Shown: piece by piece, positions 1 through 14,890 of the stretch
Position numbering within the stretch: position 1 is the first letter of the stretch
How the letters are laid out: each line of letters starts with the position of its first letter
Source of the DNA: Pecten maximus
Lineage: Eukaryota
Length of the DNA stretch: 64,000 bases
Assembly (NCBI RefSeq): GCF_902652985.1
Contig: NC_047017.1
Coordinates: 25,234,001-25,298,000 of the forward strand
Direction of reading: 5' to 3'
Made by a program: the position numbers and the translations under genes
The notes under the pieces: model-generated
Told to the model about the DNA's origin: nothing
The model's database searches: none
The model's input: only the letters and a program-made list of their open reading frames with translations

Positions 1-2359
1 TGTAATACAAAACTATATCCAAATAGTATGTATACTTATTTAAAGAAATGTTCAATGGTTTCGTAAAAAAAATAAATTATAATGAATTGAATAATGTTTC
101 GGATAATTAGGTATGTCTACTTAAACCAATTAAATTCGTTTCGAAGTGTTTGCTTGGGTACATCTTTAATAAGTGGCACAAACATTACATTTTCATTACA
201 AATAAATGTACTTTCAACCGCACATCTTATATAATTCTTATGCGTACATCATAGAAAGTAATCGATTTCTTCGATTTTGCCCTTGAAATATAGTGAACAA
301 ATCGTAAAAATAACTTTGAAGGATTTCATTAATCATATGGATGGAATAAGATATATGTTGCTTAAAAATGTCAAGGACATATTGACGAAGATGTTGTGAC
401 TTATATCATATCTTTTTTGATTCTCCATCTGTTAAATGTCATGAACTGTCAGTATACTGTGACAGTGTTCAGATGTATGGCATTAACTTATCTTATTGCA
501 ATACCAACCGGAGTTTGACCAGGAAATAATAACATTTCCGGCTTTGTTTTTGTTTATTCGTTACATTACTATAAATGATATATAGTTATGTGGTTGGTGC
601 TTTTGTCAGTCTTTCGTATATTTTACTTATCCTAGGATCATATTACAGAACCTTGGTATTCCAGGTATTACCGACTTAGACAAAGTTGTCTAACAGTTAG
701 ACGGTTTGATTACTTGAACATGTTTATGACTAAGAGTAAATATACCTTCTTTGGTAATGACTTGCCTGATTATAGTTAAGTGAAGACTAAATGTGGACAA
801 TCTGATCATTGGAAGATGAAAACGATGGAATCAGATTGTTGTTAACAAGAACTAGGACAGTGAGAATAGAAATAGCCTGATTAACACGGATTACTTGAAT
901 ATTAATCAAATGGCAGCTTGATCAACCAAGTTACACAGCTGAACTAGTGTTAAATGCAGTAACGGATCGGAATAGTAAGACAGGCGAAATATTGATGATT
1001 TGGTTAGTAAGAAATCAGATAGATCACTGTGGAGTGCAGTAGGAGACGGGATTGTGAAACGACCCATTCATTGGGTGCATTAATGAGGCTGGATTTCCAG
1101 AAAGTACGGCCATTTGTGGTTCAGCAATTTTTCAACCAGATTAGTGTTGAGTGCAGTAACGAGTGGATTGTGCAACAAATCTGCTTTGTGGGATTACCAG
1201 ATAACTTGTGGCTATATTACATTTGTACATTGCATGTATTTATTGGAAAAAACTCCTTTAATATCTGAAAATGTGTTATGCTTTTTACTACATGAAATAT
1301 CGTGTGAGATGCTTATTATAAAGGTTTCAATAGCATATTTGCTTCCTCGTAATATTAATGCATTAAGGAGAAGTTTGTGTAAATATCCATTCCTATTTAT
1401 GACGGAGTCCCTACAGGGACATTTGTAGTTACCACTTATTTTGTCATTATGTTTTACCTTATATGTTATTATGTGATATGAATTTTTATTAATACTTGCA
1501 TTATATCATTAAATTATTTTATCACTAATACATATTCTATTTTATTTTATTTTTTTGATATTTCATATCAAGTATTATATTCATATCCATTCTTCTGTGT
1601 TTATGTTCCGTTGTGGAACAACTATTTAAGATTCGTTTTTGTTATTTGTTATATTTGTTTTCCTAGTTATTATTTGTCATTCCGTGTTTAGTATCACTTA
1701 TTTATTAACACTTATTTTGTCAATAATTATTTGTTATTTTTAATTAAGCAGGCAACCTCTTTGGGAATACTTCTTCCCAGTATAACTTGTACATAGGAAC
1801 TAAAGCAAACTGATTGTTTGTTAGAGTCAGACTAAAAACATGTGATCAGGTTCTTAAAGCATTTAATGACATTTTAGGAAAAGATTAAAATGTCTTTCAA
1901 AAGGAAATTTCCATCTAGATATTCCAACAGTGAAAATGAACTTACTATAATGAAGTCACGTAAAAAAAGAATCTGAAGAAAATTACCGCTTAATGTGTGC
2001 TTTTAATCAATTAATCGTGTAGATTATTGCAATATCACAATATTAGTCAAAGTGTAGCCATCCATTTGCTGGACAGGCTTTGGTGTGGTTTGGTAAAATA
2101 TGAAAATTAACCGCTTACAAAAAAAAGTTATAACTAAAAGTAATAATATATTAGAAGTAACTAAAATGTTCCTCCAGTGTTTCTGTAATCAATATAATCG
2201 ATTTAATTTTATTAACAGGTAACACTATATGGTAAAGAATATCTTAGCTATATGTTCATACTCTTACATTCAACATGATGCTTATTGTTATTTTATTAAA
2301 CATTGGTTAAGATTAATGCGAATAAAAGTGCCATATGTATTTAGTTGTAGTTTAGGATA

Positions 2360-2475
2360 TTATCTGTACGTTAAGGATAATATGGTAGGGACATAACCGT
2401 ACATTCACGTCCTACGCCGTAGTCAGGTTATTTATCTGCACGTCAAGGATAGTATGGTTGGAACAGAACCGTACA
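2360..2475 (+). repeat. Imperfect direct duplication of about 45 bp
   Basis: TTATCTGTACGTTAAGGATAATATGGTAGGGACATAACCGTACAT vs TTATCTGCACGTCAAGGATAGTATGGTTGGAACAGAACCGTACAT. Confidence 0.8.
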
Positions 2476-5400
2476 TACTCCGAGATTATTCCCGTTTTGC
2501 AGGATAGTCAATATATTTATCTGACTAATTCGAGTTCACTCCCTTTGAATGTGTATACTTAGTTCATAAATGATGTTGATATATTGACACTTTGGAAAAT
2601 AAAAAATGCACATATTATTAAGAAAATAGTTCTTCAAATCAGATCATCGGGTATGCATTATCAATTTTAAACTTTTTGACCATTTCTAATTCACAATTTC
2701 AAAAAAATGTACATAAACTAACTGCATTGTATACAAATTTTCTCTCAGGTAAAATTTAAACATCTACAAAACTATTGTTAGAGCAAGAAATCTGCATGAA
2801 AGACACACAAGTGAATGACATCTTAATTGATATAATTTGATAATTCGACGAACTCAATCAGGATATATAGTAATATATTATAAATAAAGATACTATCAAC
2901 ATTTATTTATGTTGGTTTCAGACAAGTTTGAATTATCGAAAATATTCACAGACACGTGGAAGTGTTAGTGCGTCAATATATGACAAATCATTCGGCATTT
3001 GTACATATGAAAGGTGTTATTTAACTCCCAAGGCATCAATTAATCGTTACAATTGTTGTATCAACTTAGAGTTTATGCGTCGTTTTGATTGGTTATCACG
3101 GTAAACTTTGACCGGGACTACGTTTTAATCACGTAATCTATGGCGTTTTGATCGGTTGACAGGCGAGACCACACGAAGGTCGCTTTACGTGACCGTGGAA
3201 ATGATAACACGCAGAAAAAAGTTCGAACGCACTTGTTTGAAAATTATTTTGATGTAGATTTCTGTCAATTTAATACACTTTTTGATTACTTTTATAATCA
3301 ATTATATTTCTGCATATTTCGAAACTGTCAGTTTTCTTAATTAGCGGCTTTTCAGTACAGGTCATATCATATCTCCCCAAATGATATAAAAACAAAACAA
3401 GCAGGGGTCAATTCATCTTCGTATTAATTTTTATTATAGCAGGTCACACAAGCTTGTGGTCGCTGTATATGCCATTTCTTTCACTTTCGTTTATTACATA
3501 TGTATATTTCAAAAGTTACTAAGACACGAGCTAACGCCTTTAATTTTACATAAACAATGTATATCAGTATATCATATTACACACTTTGCACTTTTCCATC
3601 TTTTCTAATTGTCACGCCGTTTTTCTTTAAAACTAATAAAAAGACACTTAGAACATACGAAATGTCACGATTTCCATTCATTGAATTGTACAAACCTTGA
3701 CATGGATAATCATTGGATCCGATCGTGTCTCACACAAATAATTGACTGACGCTCGGTTCAACTCAGGGTAGTCTATTGGTGAACCTACATATAGTGAACT
3801 GTTAAATTTAACCAATTCAACTATCAACATGTATTTATCTATTTTAATATATATGGTTACATACGCAAAATGTATTATAATAATTATGTTTATTTACTGC
3901 CTTTAAAAATATAACTTTGATTTGAATGTCTAAATATAAAAAATAACTCACATTTGAAAAACCTGATAATTTATTAATTCGTAAGCCGCCATTATGATGT
4001 CATAATTCACATGACGCCATATTATCTATATTACACAATACAGAGAAAAAACTTAATACCTTACTGCGCCAAGTGATATGGCATGAGTTAATAGCACAAC
4101 TTATGTTATTGGTTGTATAATATCGCCTATAAAACTAAAAACCATTTGTAATGTTAAGTCAACTAATATGTTGTGTAATTATTATAAACTCGTATTGGTC
4201 CGATCATAACTTGAATTTTTAAAATTTATAATTTTAGATCTATATGTATATTAGTACGTTTCTCTGTAGACTATCATACGTGTGTAATCAGCATATTCAC
4301 TTACCCTGCCTGTAAAAGCTGAAAATATTAATCCTTGGCAAAATACGAACAAAAACAGTTCATGAAGATTGAACCTTGATATTTACTGACATAGTCCTGA
4401 CATTTATTTTACTTCGTGTACGACATCTGGAGAACAGAAAAAGAAACAACGAGAACGCATTCGTATTTTTTTCAGTCAGATATGAAATCGAAAACTTTTT
4501 TTACGAACTTTCAAGTAACCCTTTTCCGCTTCTCCAAGGGCAATTCCTAAATTCTTCAATCCAAACCTGATAGTCCATGTATGTGGTTTGTTATTGTATA
4601 ACTATTAACAACATACGTATGCTGTATACATGTATAATTTTAATTCGTATAGGAATAACAGTCGATCACGTGTCAATAGATTATTTTTGATACCACTAGA
4701 AATATTATGGTCCGAAATGTCCAGTAATTTATAACTGTATAACTTCTCCCTGCATATAAACATTTCTCCCTTTTAAAAATAGTCTTTAAGTTTTGAAAAA
4801 CTGACGGCCTTAATGTATTTCGCTATGACAATTTGACACATGGAGTAGGTAAATATGGGAAATCAATGTTTTCTGATTATGTTTTAGATAGATAAAGTAA
4901 TCGATAACGTGTCATCTGGATATAATATAATACTCTATTAAAATATTATAGTAAACAAATGATATATCTATGGATTTACCTCTATCATGTACTATACACT
5001 GTCGTTGTACTAGTATTTGTAGTATATTAACACTTTCGAAAAGCAGAACATCACCACCCCCATTAACTTTAAAGTTCCACACAGGGCGCTAACTCACAAT
5101 AGGAGAAAAGGAATAGTGTGTACCCCGTATCACTGACAGAAAATGATTACTCAGCCACAACTGGAAAGATCGCTATACAACACAGGGACTACTTTGATAA
5201 ACTTCCAATTTGTAGATAATCATTCAGGTGTCCCTATATCTCTGTCACAATACACACTTCAAACTTCTGATTTATATAGTGCCATATAGATACACAAGAA
5301 CTTTTATCAAAGGTAAAGGAGAACATTTTCACAACTAGCATGGCAAAGTAAAAAATCGTGACCGGTCTTGGCAAATTTGTTCTTCATTCCATCCTTAATT

Positions 5401-6405
5401 GAATTCATGATCTTCAGGTTTATGTCAGAGAGTAAATATTGTGTATCACTTTTAATTTCTAGATTCAATACATGTATTTACTAGTGAGATCAAAACAGAA
5501 AATTGATATCATTGACAAAATACGGGGTAAGATGTTTTAACTATTCTAATACAAATGTTATTTAAAGATTGCTCTTCCCCGTAAAGACGAAGAGTACATA
5601 TTATGACAATGTTGCGGCGTCGTCAAACCTCAGTGGCTTATGTTAAAGCTTTACAAATGAGTCAATTGAATCGTTAACAAGTCGTCTGATTAATAAGAAC
5701 GCGTAAACTTTGTATTGACATTGTATAGAGCTATCTTAAACTATACATTGAAGGATAATATCTGTCCTCGGAAAACCAATCGTTTTAAGAATATAGAGTT
5801 TAAAGCAATGTGTCATATCACAATTATGCCTAAGTCTCCCTTTCCAGTGTAGAAAATATTGCTCTGAATCAATAACGTGCGGAATGTTTATTTTTTCCAG
5901 AACAGTTTTTCTCGAAAAAAAAAAGTATGACCTTATTAACTTGTGCAAAAAAAATGTATACTGCATTTCGTAAATTACTCATTCTTTGGTAGGTACATTC
6001 TGTTCAATAATATCAACATTCATACACAGCATGACGTCGTTGTTGTCAAATTGCTTTAATGCCAGTCGCTTTTGTTGTAGCTATAAGTAAGTTACGTTAT
6101 CTATGTATTAGCGACACAATCAGTAGGTGTCATTTTCACCGTTTGTGTTATAAACAAAACTATTATCATCATTATATCCAAGCAGTTGTCACGCTTACCC
6201 GTTTACGTCACACGAATCACAGTTCACGGCACACATAGTTCGTAGTTCGTATAGGTTGTTAAATTCCCAATGTTGGACAATGATGGCTTTCTGTACAGTG
6301 ATATATAGATAAAATTATTGTATGTATAACATCACCAAACATGACCAATAAAAGTCTTCTACAACTGTACAATTGTAAACATCACCGACGTTTTTTTTAT
6401 GTTTC

Positions 6406-9400
6406 TCACACCGAGTTGAACTGTGAGAAGATGAGACCGAAGAGCACGATTGAAGAGAGAGCAATGGCAAACAGGAAAAGAACAAAGAAGAATTGATCTA
6501 GGATGAAGCTTATAATTTTCCAGCTTATTTCAAAATCGTCCAAGTCATCTTTTCCACAATCCTCAATCTTGATTTCCTGTTGATCAGTGGTGATATTGTC
6601 TTTCGGAAGGGGAGATTTTTTCTCTGACACGGACTCTATTTTATTGCCTTTATTGCCACTTCCTCTTTGCGGACTTTGACATCTCCCAGGAAGACAAGGT
6701 TGCTGCCATCTAACAATAAACGCCATAACTTTCGTGGCTAGCCTCCAACCTTTCGATATTTCCATTTCGTCTGGGCGGAAGAAAACGTTCAGGACGAGAA
6801 TGGAACACATCACAGCAAACGTCCCAAATACCAGAATCAAGGCCAGGTAGATAGCTAAAATAAAAAGTATACACTTCGATATATTCAAATATAAATTGAT
6901 GCTTACATACAGTCGTTTTGTTTATATACATAATACATAAATTATTTCGTATCGTACACATATTTAAGAAAATATTTACATATTGCAGGGTTTTTTTTGT
7001 GGTTTTTTTTTCAATGATTGCAATGACATAAACGTTTAATTTGTGTGTCGTGTGACAGAATATCTTACATAAGTAGCAAGCCGTTACAGAAGTACTGGGA
7101 ATATTGTCCGAGATGAGTGTTAGGTAAACAGCATACGCCAAGAGGACAGTTAGGGAAAATCCCATCTTCTCGCCGGAGTCAGCGGGAAGCTTAAACACCA
7201 TAGCACTAAGTACAGACATCAATGCTACGGGGAAAAGAGTGTTAAGCACGTGGAAGAGGGGGCGTCTCCGCATTGTCAGTGTGAACTTCAGATTGGAAAA
7301 CGTATGGTCGCCACGTGTCTTTGCATCGCCAGTAGACGCTGATGCGGTAACCATCTCCCATTCCCCGTTCTCCGAGTAGAAAGAGAAATCGATTGGTAGA
7401 CGGCTCAGCTGGAGGCTAATTTCATCACTGGTGTAGGACCAGGAACTCAGTGAGAGCGTACAAGACTGGATGTCTAATGGGTAATATGTTATGTCGGACG
7501 AGCAAGCGATGGTGTATATTCCAGCAGGATTCCAAATCACATAACCTTGTGATGTGATACGCATGGGGATGTATTTATCGTTGATGACAGAGAAATCGTC
7601 GATTCTTAAATGAAGAAAAAATATGACTTTCAATTAATTGCGACCGAAAACTGCATGTTTAAATCTCCGCAGGGAAAAAACTAAAAATACTTAAAACTCG
7701 TTTTAAATAAAGATTTTCATGACGATGCAGCCGTTTGAAAATAATTAAAGCGTTTAATTTATTTTTTTTACTGTTTAAAATTAAATTGAACCCCTAGTTT
7801 GAATAAAAGGAATATTTTACACACTGTGAGGAGAAGACATGTAAACATACGTGTTATCTATAATGAGGGAAGGTCTCCAGACGTATTCTTCTGTGGAGAA
7901 GAGAAATTTCACAGACGAATAGTCTTGAGTTGTAGCAGAGGTATTGGACCACGTAAGTCGACTATCAGACCATTTCTGTAACACAATCACACTAATGACA
8001 ATAGTATTATTACGCAAGTACCAGAGAGCAATATCTTATACATATTTAAGAGAAAACTGTTTATAATTAATTTAGCGATGTTACGAAACCTCATAATTCG
8101 GAATCCTAGAAATCCAAAAGGACTTTTAAGCAGATACATACAAATCATCGGAAAAATATTTAGAATTTTTGTAATTCTAATTTGACCTTTTTACTGGATG
8201 TCATGATCTTGCACATTTCTAGATGTAACAAAATTCACATTAATTTAAAACAATATATTTGATTAAGAAAATAAATTTGTACCTAAATTGTTTCAAAATT
8301 CTTAATGTCTTTGAAAATATCACGATATGAAGTGTGGTTATAATGAGGTATTCTCAATATTACAAAGCTATTTTGCGTGTAAATATATATCATACTCCAT
8401 TAAACGTCGATATTATTATTCCAATATGTTCCAGATATTTTTTGAAATGAATGCGCTTCCTTACCAATTCAAAATAGGCTGTTATTGACATGAACTGGTC
8501 TTTGATGTCCTGAAACAAAAAGTAGACACATTATTTCATTTCCTTATTTTGTACCGAACTAACGTGACTTACGGATAGGTTGTCTACGGTCATCCCAAAT
8601 AATAAATAATTATATCGGAGAGCTTTTGATCCTGTCAAAAACTAAAATTACATAAAAGGAGCAATGAAATAGAAGGATAAAGGACAGAGTTTGATCTGAT
8701 TTATTTGTGCGGGGTTTATTCCCCTGTAATGCCATGAAAGGACTGGTTGAACTAAGAGAAAGTAGAGTTGACTCCTTACCAGATCATTGACAGTGAGGAC
8801 GTTTAAGGACACGAAGACCCCGACTGTCTTGGACGGTCGTTGTAGAACCTCGTAACCCGTGAACAGTTCCGTTCTTAGGCTCGTCTCCAGGTCCTTGGAA
8901 TAGACAGGAGGCGAAGCAGCTCCGGATACGTCATAGCACTGGGTCAGGACCAACAAAACTAAAAAAGATGAAATTCTGTAAATCATGTATGTAGAGAGAG
9001 AGTTTTATTTGTATAAGATGTCATTTCAAAATTTCGTCTGAACATTGAATCTGAAAACTCTTGTGGTCTATGAGGTTATTGTTTTCAAAAAGTTCGATAA
9101 TTAAGCTACATAAGTGTTTTTCGGAAACGTGTTCACTCGAAAATACCCCCAAACGTCTTTTTCATCATTTGCAGTTCAGATATCCGTATACAAATCACAA
9201 CTAATCATTTTCAGTTATATACAACAAAACGTCACAGTTTTGGAAAACGGACTGCATTTGTTTGAATGCTGACCCTGACCACTTTATTTATTATTAGAAT
9301 AATTAATTCTAATAGTATTCTAGTACTTCGGCATTCAGAAGAATTATTCGTGTTACTGTTTTCTTTGTAAAACCTGTATACATGTATATCAGTACTTTAT

Positions 9401-10085
9401 AACAGACCTTCGGCGAATTAATTATCGACTGCAGGAAACATTGACACAAAATAACGATATTGCTCGTTGTTAATCTACTAAACTTTTGTAACTTGTTCTA
9501 TGTCTATATGTGATCGTTTGTCATTTACTTGTCTTGAAAAAGGGGTTGATTGCCACGAAAATTCGACAGATTATTTGTTTATACTGTCGTAACTACTACA
9601 TGACCAATTTGTAGTAATACGCAACCAGCGAAAAAAGTAGTCATTTGTTAGGAACCACTATTCATATTGGACCATGCCGTCGTTATTACTTACTAGACAT
9701 ATCATTACTATATATAATATATACATTAAATATAATGCACTATTGTTGATACTTGAACAGAACAAAAGTACTGTTCTGAATTACGTATGTAAAACTAAAC
9801 CCCTAAAGATTAGTATGGATGGATATTTGGTAATGTCAAAGTACATGTATATAAACTTGATATAAAACACGATTTAATCAAGCCTCTTGGAGGAGGCGAA
9901 AACTGTACATTCTTTGTCAACTCTCGCTTTGACCGCTATGAACAGCATTTAATGGGAATTAAAATATTTCAAATCCCTAGATTTCCTTGATGAATAAGAT
10001 TGCACTTACCTAAAATGTAGAATCGTCCCGTTTTCACAAACGGTATCCAAATATTTCGCTCACTGAAACAATCTTCCATACCCAT
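6406..10085 (-). CDS. nAChR-like Cys-loop ligand-gated ion channel subunit, non-alpha type (paralog 1), about 469 aa
   Basis: Hand-spliced exons (minus): 10010-10085 (MGMEDCF...RFYIL, donor GTAAGT), 8780-8958, 8465-8509 (45 nt, [15 protein letters not shown]), 7851-7975 (KWSDSRLTW...[10 protein letters not shown]), 7069-7604 (Cys-loop [21 protein letters not shown]1, GEK-M2), 6406-6854 (M3, loop, M4, TGA). All introns GT-AG, phases 1,0,0,2,1, frame open. The first exon is the least certain; an alternative unspliced ATG lies at 8986. Confidence 0.92.
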
Positions 10086-13000
10086 TGTTTCGATCCTGTC
10101 TGTGATTGAGGAACACGTTTTCTGAGTTACCGTTGTCGCAAGTACTAATGTATATATCTACAGTAGTTAAATGACAATAGAAACCTGACCTCTCCTTCAC
10201 ATTGGACAGTCCTATCTGTGAATCTACTTTACTGGTAAGTGTCGTCAAATCGTAGTCCAAAGAAAGAGTTATTGTTCCGTGGAAAGGGATATTTATTCGC
10301 CAAAACCCTCGTGGGCTAGTTTTAAATAGCTGGTGTTGATCTTTTTGCAAAGCGCAGTAATAGAATATTACCTCCGTGCTTTGTTCTGTGAGGACAATGG
10401 AACTAGAAATTAAAATAATGAAGGCTGGTTTGCATTTTAAAGTTAATGTTATGTCGCTAATTTCCATGAGATACTTATGTTATGTTTACTTTGTCTGCTC
10501 ATAGTTCAGTTTTCAAAGTTTTCAGGTTACTCTCTAACACAATTTTAATTTTAGTATCAATTTCATTTTTTGTGAACCCCCTGTGTGCCACCAAAGCCTC
10601 GTTTACATCAAGCAAAATGCGGGATTGAACGTTTGGCGAATACATCTTTGTGGCAATTTTTAAGAGTTAATATTAATTTGGCTATGTACAAAGAAGTCAG
10701 AAGAAAAAGTTTTATAATAAAGGTTAAAAATAAATAACTATGGTTTGCGTTGGTGATAAAATTCATGTGTAACAATAAACTAACATGTTTCATATGCAGG
10801 GTTAACATGTCACAGATGACACGATATTCCAGAGTTGATCTCAATATTATGGTTTCCTTGATATATGGCGACTGTTGTAAATACGTGTTAATAAAGACTT
10901 TGAGGAGGTTACATGATGCTCGTTTACTCTGGTGATTTCGTTGTTAATATTCCGGTTCACAGGTAACAGCCTTTTTTGGTGAAACTGAAGGCGCTTATTC
11001 TTCAGGAACACATGGTTTTAGCATATCTTCATATTTACTGGTTCTTTACATGTTTGTATTCTATTTTTCTATTTGTAAACACTTTATTGACACCCGCAAG
11101 ATCATCCAGATGAAATTGCACATGTAATATATCAAACTGGGTATATTACAAATTTGAAAAGAAAAAAAAAGAAAAACTAAATGTCTACATGCAAATGCCT
11201 GTGGCAAGCAGCGAGCAAATTCATTTTAAGATCAATATAGAGTATTGGTGACATGCCAGGATTTCTTATGGTTTAAATAACAAAACGTCACTACGAAATG
11301 CTTTAGTGTATCCTACTTTTATTAAGTCGTATATCATATTTGTGTGGTCCTTTCAACACAATTATACTGTAGATTTAAACTCTACCAGAGGTTTCTAAAA
11401 CGTAATCTAAAGATAAGTTGCGTTGAATGAGTGTTTGGGTTAGAGAATGCTATATACAAACATTATTGACACAAGTAACACGATTTTGTTCTCATTAAAT
11501 TGAACTCTAGATAATATATATACCTCACACACGTTAAGGTAAAAAGGACAGTGTTCACGAAAGAAAAATATATAAAGAGAGTAAGACAACATTATTCTTA
11601 AACCACTTTTCTCGAGAACAAAAGGTCGCGCATTTCGGTACTTCAAAAAATTAGTTTGTTACATAGGTATATACTGTGTAAAGTGTTATTATTAGAAATT
11701 ATTATTATTATTGGAAATATGTCATCTAGTCTAGAATATATTGACAAAGGGATGTTGATATTCGAGACACCTCGTGTCTCTCTAACAAAAAAATACCTGC
11801 AAGGTGAAGGAACGAACTTCCTTTGTTCTTCAAGAATATTTACTCTACGCGTTCTATTTCTTTTCTTGAGGCTGCTTAATGGAATATATATAAGTATTTT
11901 ACAAAAGTAAAAGTTGTAAATAGTGATCATTTTACTTGAACATATGTAAGACGAGTCGTTGACTCAATATGCAATCAAGATAAACAAAGCGTATTATTAA
12001 AGTAGCCCAAATCCTGTTTCTCTTCATTACCGATTTGTTAAAACAGGAAGGATATATTTTCATGTTTAATGTCGTTTATCATTATTTGTTAAACATAAAT
12101 GATAATGTTAATACTCACTCTATCATTTCCTCAAAATGATATTACGTGCTGATATTTGAGGACGCCGAAATCATAACAATTGCAGTACTCCGTAAATGCA
12201 TTGTACTAAAGGCGCAGCTTATCTGAACCTATTGTTTCTATAGTAAGGAATAACGTGGATTATCTACGATCTTTCTTTTCTTTTTTTTTCTTTTTTCTTG
12301 CTTTTTTTAAGATAAAACAAAACATATATGAAAGAAATATTTAATGACAAAGTGGAAAACTTTCAAAGGTATAAAAACATTCAATAAACGTAAACCTTTT
12401 ATTATTGATAGAGCGGATAAGTGTGGCAATTATGAGATTAAATTCATCTCAGCTACGGATATACATGTAAATACATAGTATGAAACATAATGGCTTCGTC
12501 CACAGATATTTTATCCTAAGCGTGACGATTGAACATATCAATTATAAAATAAAGCCTAACTTTAACCTCAACTCCCCACAATACCCTGTCTTTTTCCAAC
12601 CAAAATACTAATAATTCCACAGAAACAAAATACAAACGTTTCCCAAAAACTAGTTTCATACTGCATTATTGATCATGCCACAAAATTAGGAATCACACTT
12701 TAGTAATCCTATAATTCATGACAGTGATTCATTTGCCTATGACGTCAAAAATGCCGTAATATTGCACGTGTTCATTGTAAGTATACATTGTATATGGGGG
12801 TGATTACGTAATCAAGAGGACAAAACAATGCAAATCATGAATAGAATTATATACAATGTATAGGTAGTAATATATGAGAGAAAAAATATAGAATTCATAA
12901 GTTAGCTTTGTTTAAACTGTAATTATAAATAATTTGTCTTATAGACTGCAGTCATAAGATTGTCTATCACTGTGACGTTTTAAATAGCACACCTCCATGT

Positions 13001-14890
13001 ATCAAGTAACATGACATCATAAAGGTCAGGATATTATCAATACATATCACAATGGCTGGTGACCCATACACCTGATTGTTTCATTGTTTTACTTCTTCGC
13101 CTGCCTACATTCGTCAATGGACCGTGTCGTTCAATATGAATTACCTCCCTTTGCATTTTATTTTGCATACAAACTTGTCAGACCGAAACCGCTTTCTGCA
13201 ACTCATTGACGTCATGTTGATTTCCCTTGTAAAGCAGTGTAAACATGAATATTCTAATTGATAACATTCATTCATTCACATACATGTAGTTCTACATTGC
13301 AATATAAACACTTCAAATCCTGATCTGATAAGACATGGGTGTCAGTGAAACATTAGGAACTTCATGGGAAAATAGTAGCTAAAGCATCAATGAGGATTAG
13401 TATTTATAATAATCTACAATAGAATAAAGTGTTATGTTAACTCAGAATTTATGGCAAATTAAGAACATAGAACAGATTGATTTCATACCCGCTGGTATCC
13501 CCTTACTTTACAAGTGTACCCCATGATCTAGTGGGATTTTTAACCATTAAACTACATTTTGACTTACGTCACTCATTTGTCATTAACACCCAATAACTGC
13601 AGCTATGAAATATGGAAAACCAAAACACGTGTTTGAAATATGTCATATCAATATGTTTTCTACCGATGTGCTTTTTTATCAATTAATACAGTATGCTCCA
13701 ATTTCCATATATCGCAGTAGATTACACAGCTGAAATTTTATGTGCTTTTAGCTGTTTAGATTTAATGATAACTTTTGCGTACAAATGTACACATAAGTAT
13801 ATATTGCACAACACCTTACAAAACAATACAACACACAGATGTAGGTTTATGATCACAGACAGTTCCTGGTTTTATCACAGAGTAAAGGTCCATCATTTGT
13901 CCGGTAACGCCGGATGATAGGTTGGGGAAGTAGTAACCCCTCTCATTTCCCCGGGTATTCCGATTCCCAAACGCAGTTAAACCACTTGAGCGCCTACATC
14001 CGGACCAGCAAGTTCGATCGGTAAATAACTTTTCAATTGATGCGGATATAGTTCATAGATAGTATCCGAAAATGTCAACTCTGTATCACAAAAATTGAAA
14101 GATATTGAATATATTACAATATACGGATGGTGCATATTTGGGGTGGGGAGGGGGGATGGTTGATAATTCATTGTACAGGTACCGATGTGGCAGTTATCTC
14201 TCGGCCAAAAACGATACTAAGCATGACTTAATGATTCGTCATTTTATAGTTGTTTTTATAAACGTATCTCTAATCAATCCACAAGGCAAAAAAATAATTA
14301 ATAAGATCAGATACATGATATAAACTTTTAACGCACAAGAATAGCAACAAATGTATGCTGATCACCAGGGTTCTATCCACGCGGCGTGGTCATTTACCAA
14401 AATCAATCCAAATAGAAGTTTTAAAGTGCTACCATTTCAGAAATTAATTAATTCGTCTTAAATTCCCTGCATCGTATTCTGTTCCCGTAAAATTAACAGC
14501 TAAGTAAGGGCTTATTCTCGAAAGTGTTAAATCCCTTTTAGATGATATTTTACACGTGTTCCATTAAGAGCTGTTAAAATGATCACTTCATAAATTCACA
14601 AATATTTTCCTCAGTGAACAATTATTTTTTGGTGTATCGAAATTTCTCTAAAGGTTCATGACACAAAATATCACATTTCGAAGACTAATCTGCATCAATT
14701 AGTAATAGATTGTAAGCATTATGACTCGAGAAATTTTTTTTTGGGGGGGGGGGGGGTAGTGTATTTCCAGAATGATATCGTTTACTGTGAATTGAAAGTC
14801 ATTTTTCTGATACTCATGCCTTATCATGGACATGCATATTGGTCAAATTTGCTCTACTCAATCGGAGCACTGTCTGGCCTACCGCCTCGT

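Noticed and set aside
458-1792. Possible solo LTR (TG...CA-bounded block containing ORFs 1029-1268 and 1114-1428)
   Set aside because: No matching TSD, no second LTR, no PBS/PPT, and the ORFs show no recognisable domain.
10060-10467. 135-aa minus-strand ORF upstream of paralog 1
   Set aside because: No recognisable domain; it overlaps the likely first exon and promoter region in a different frame.
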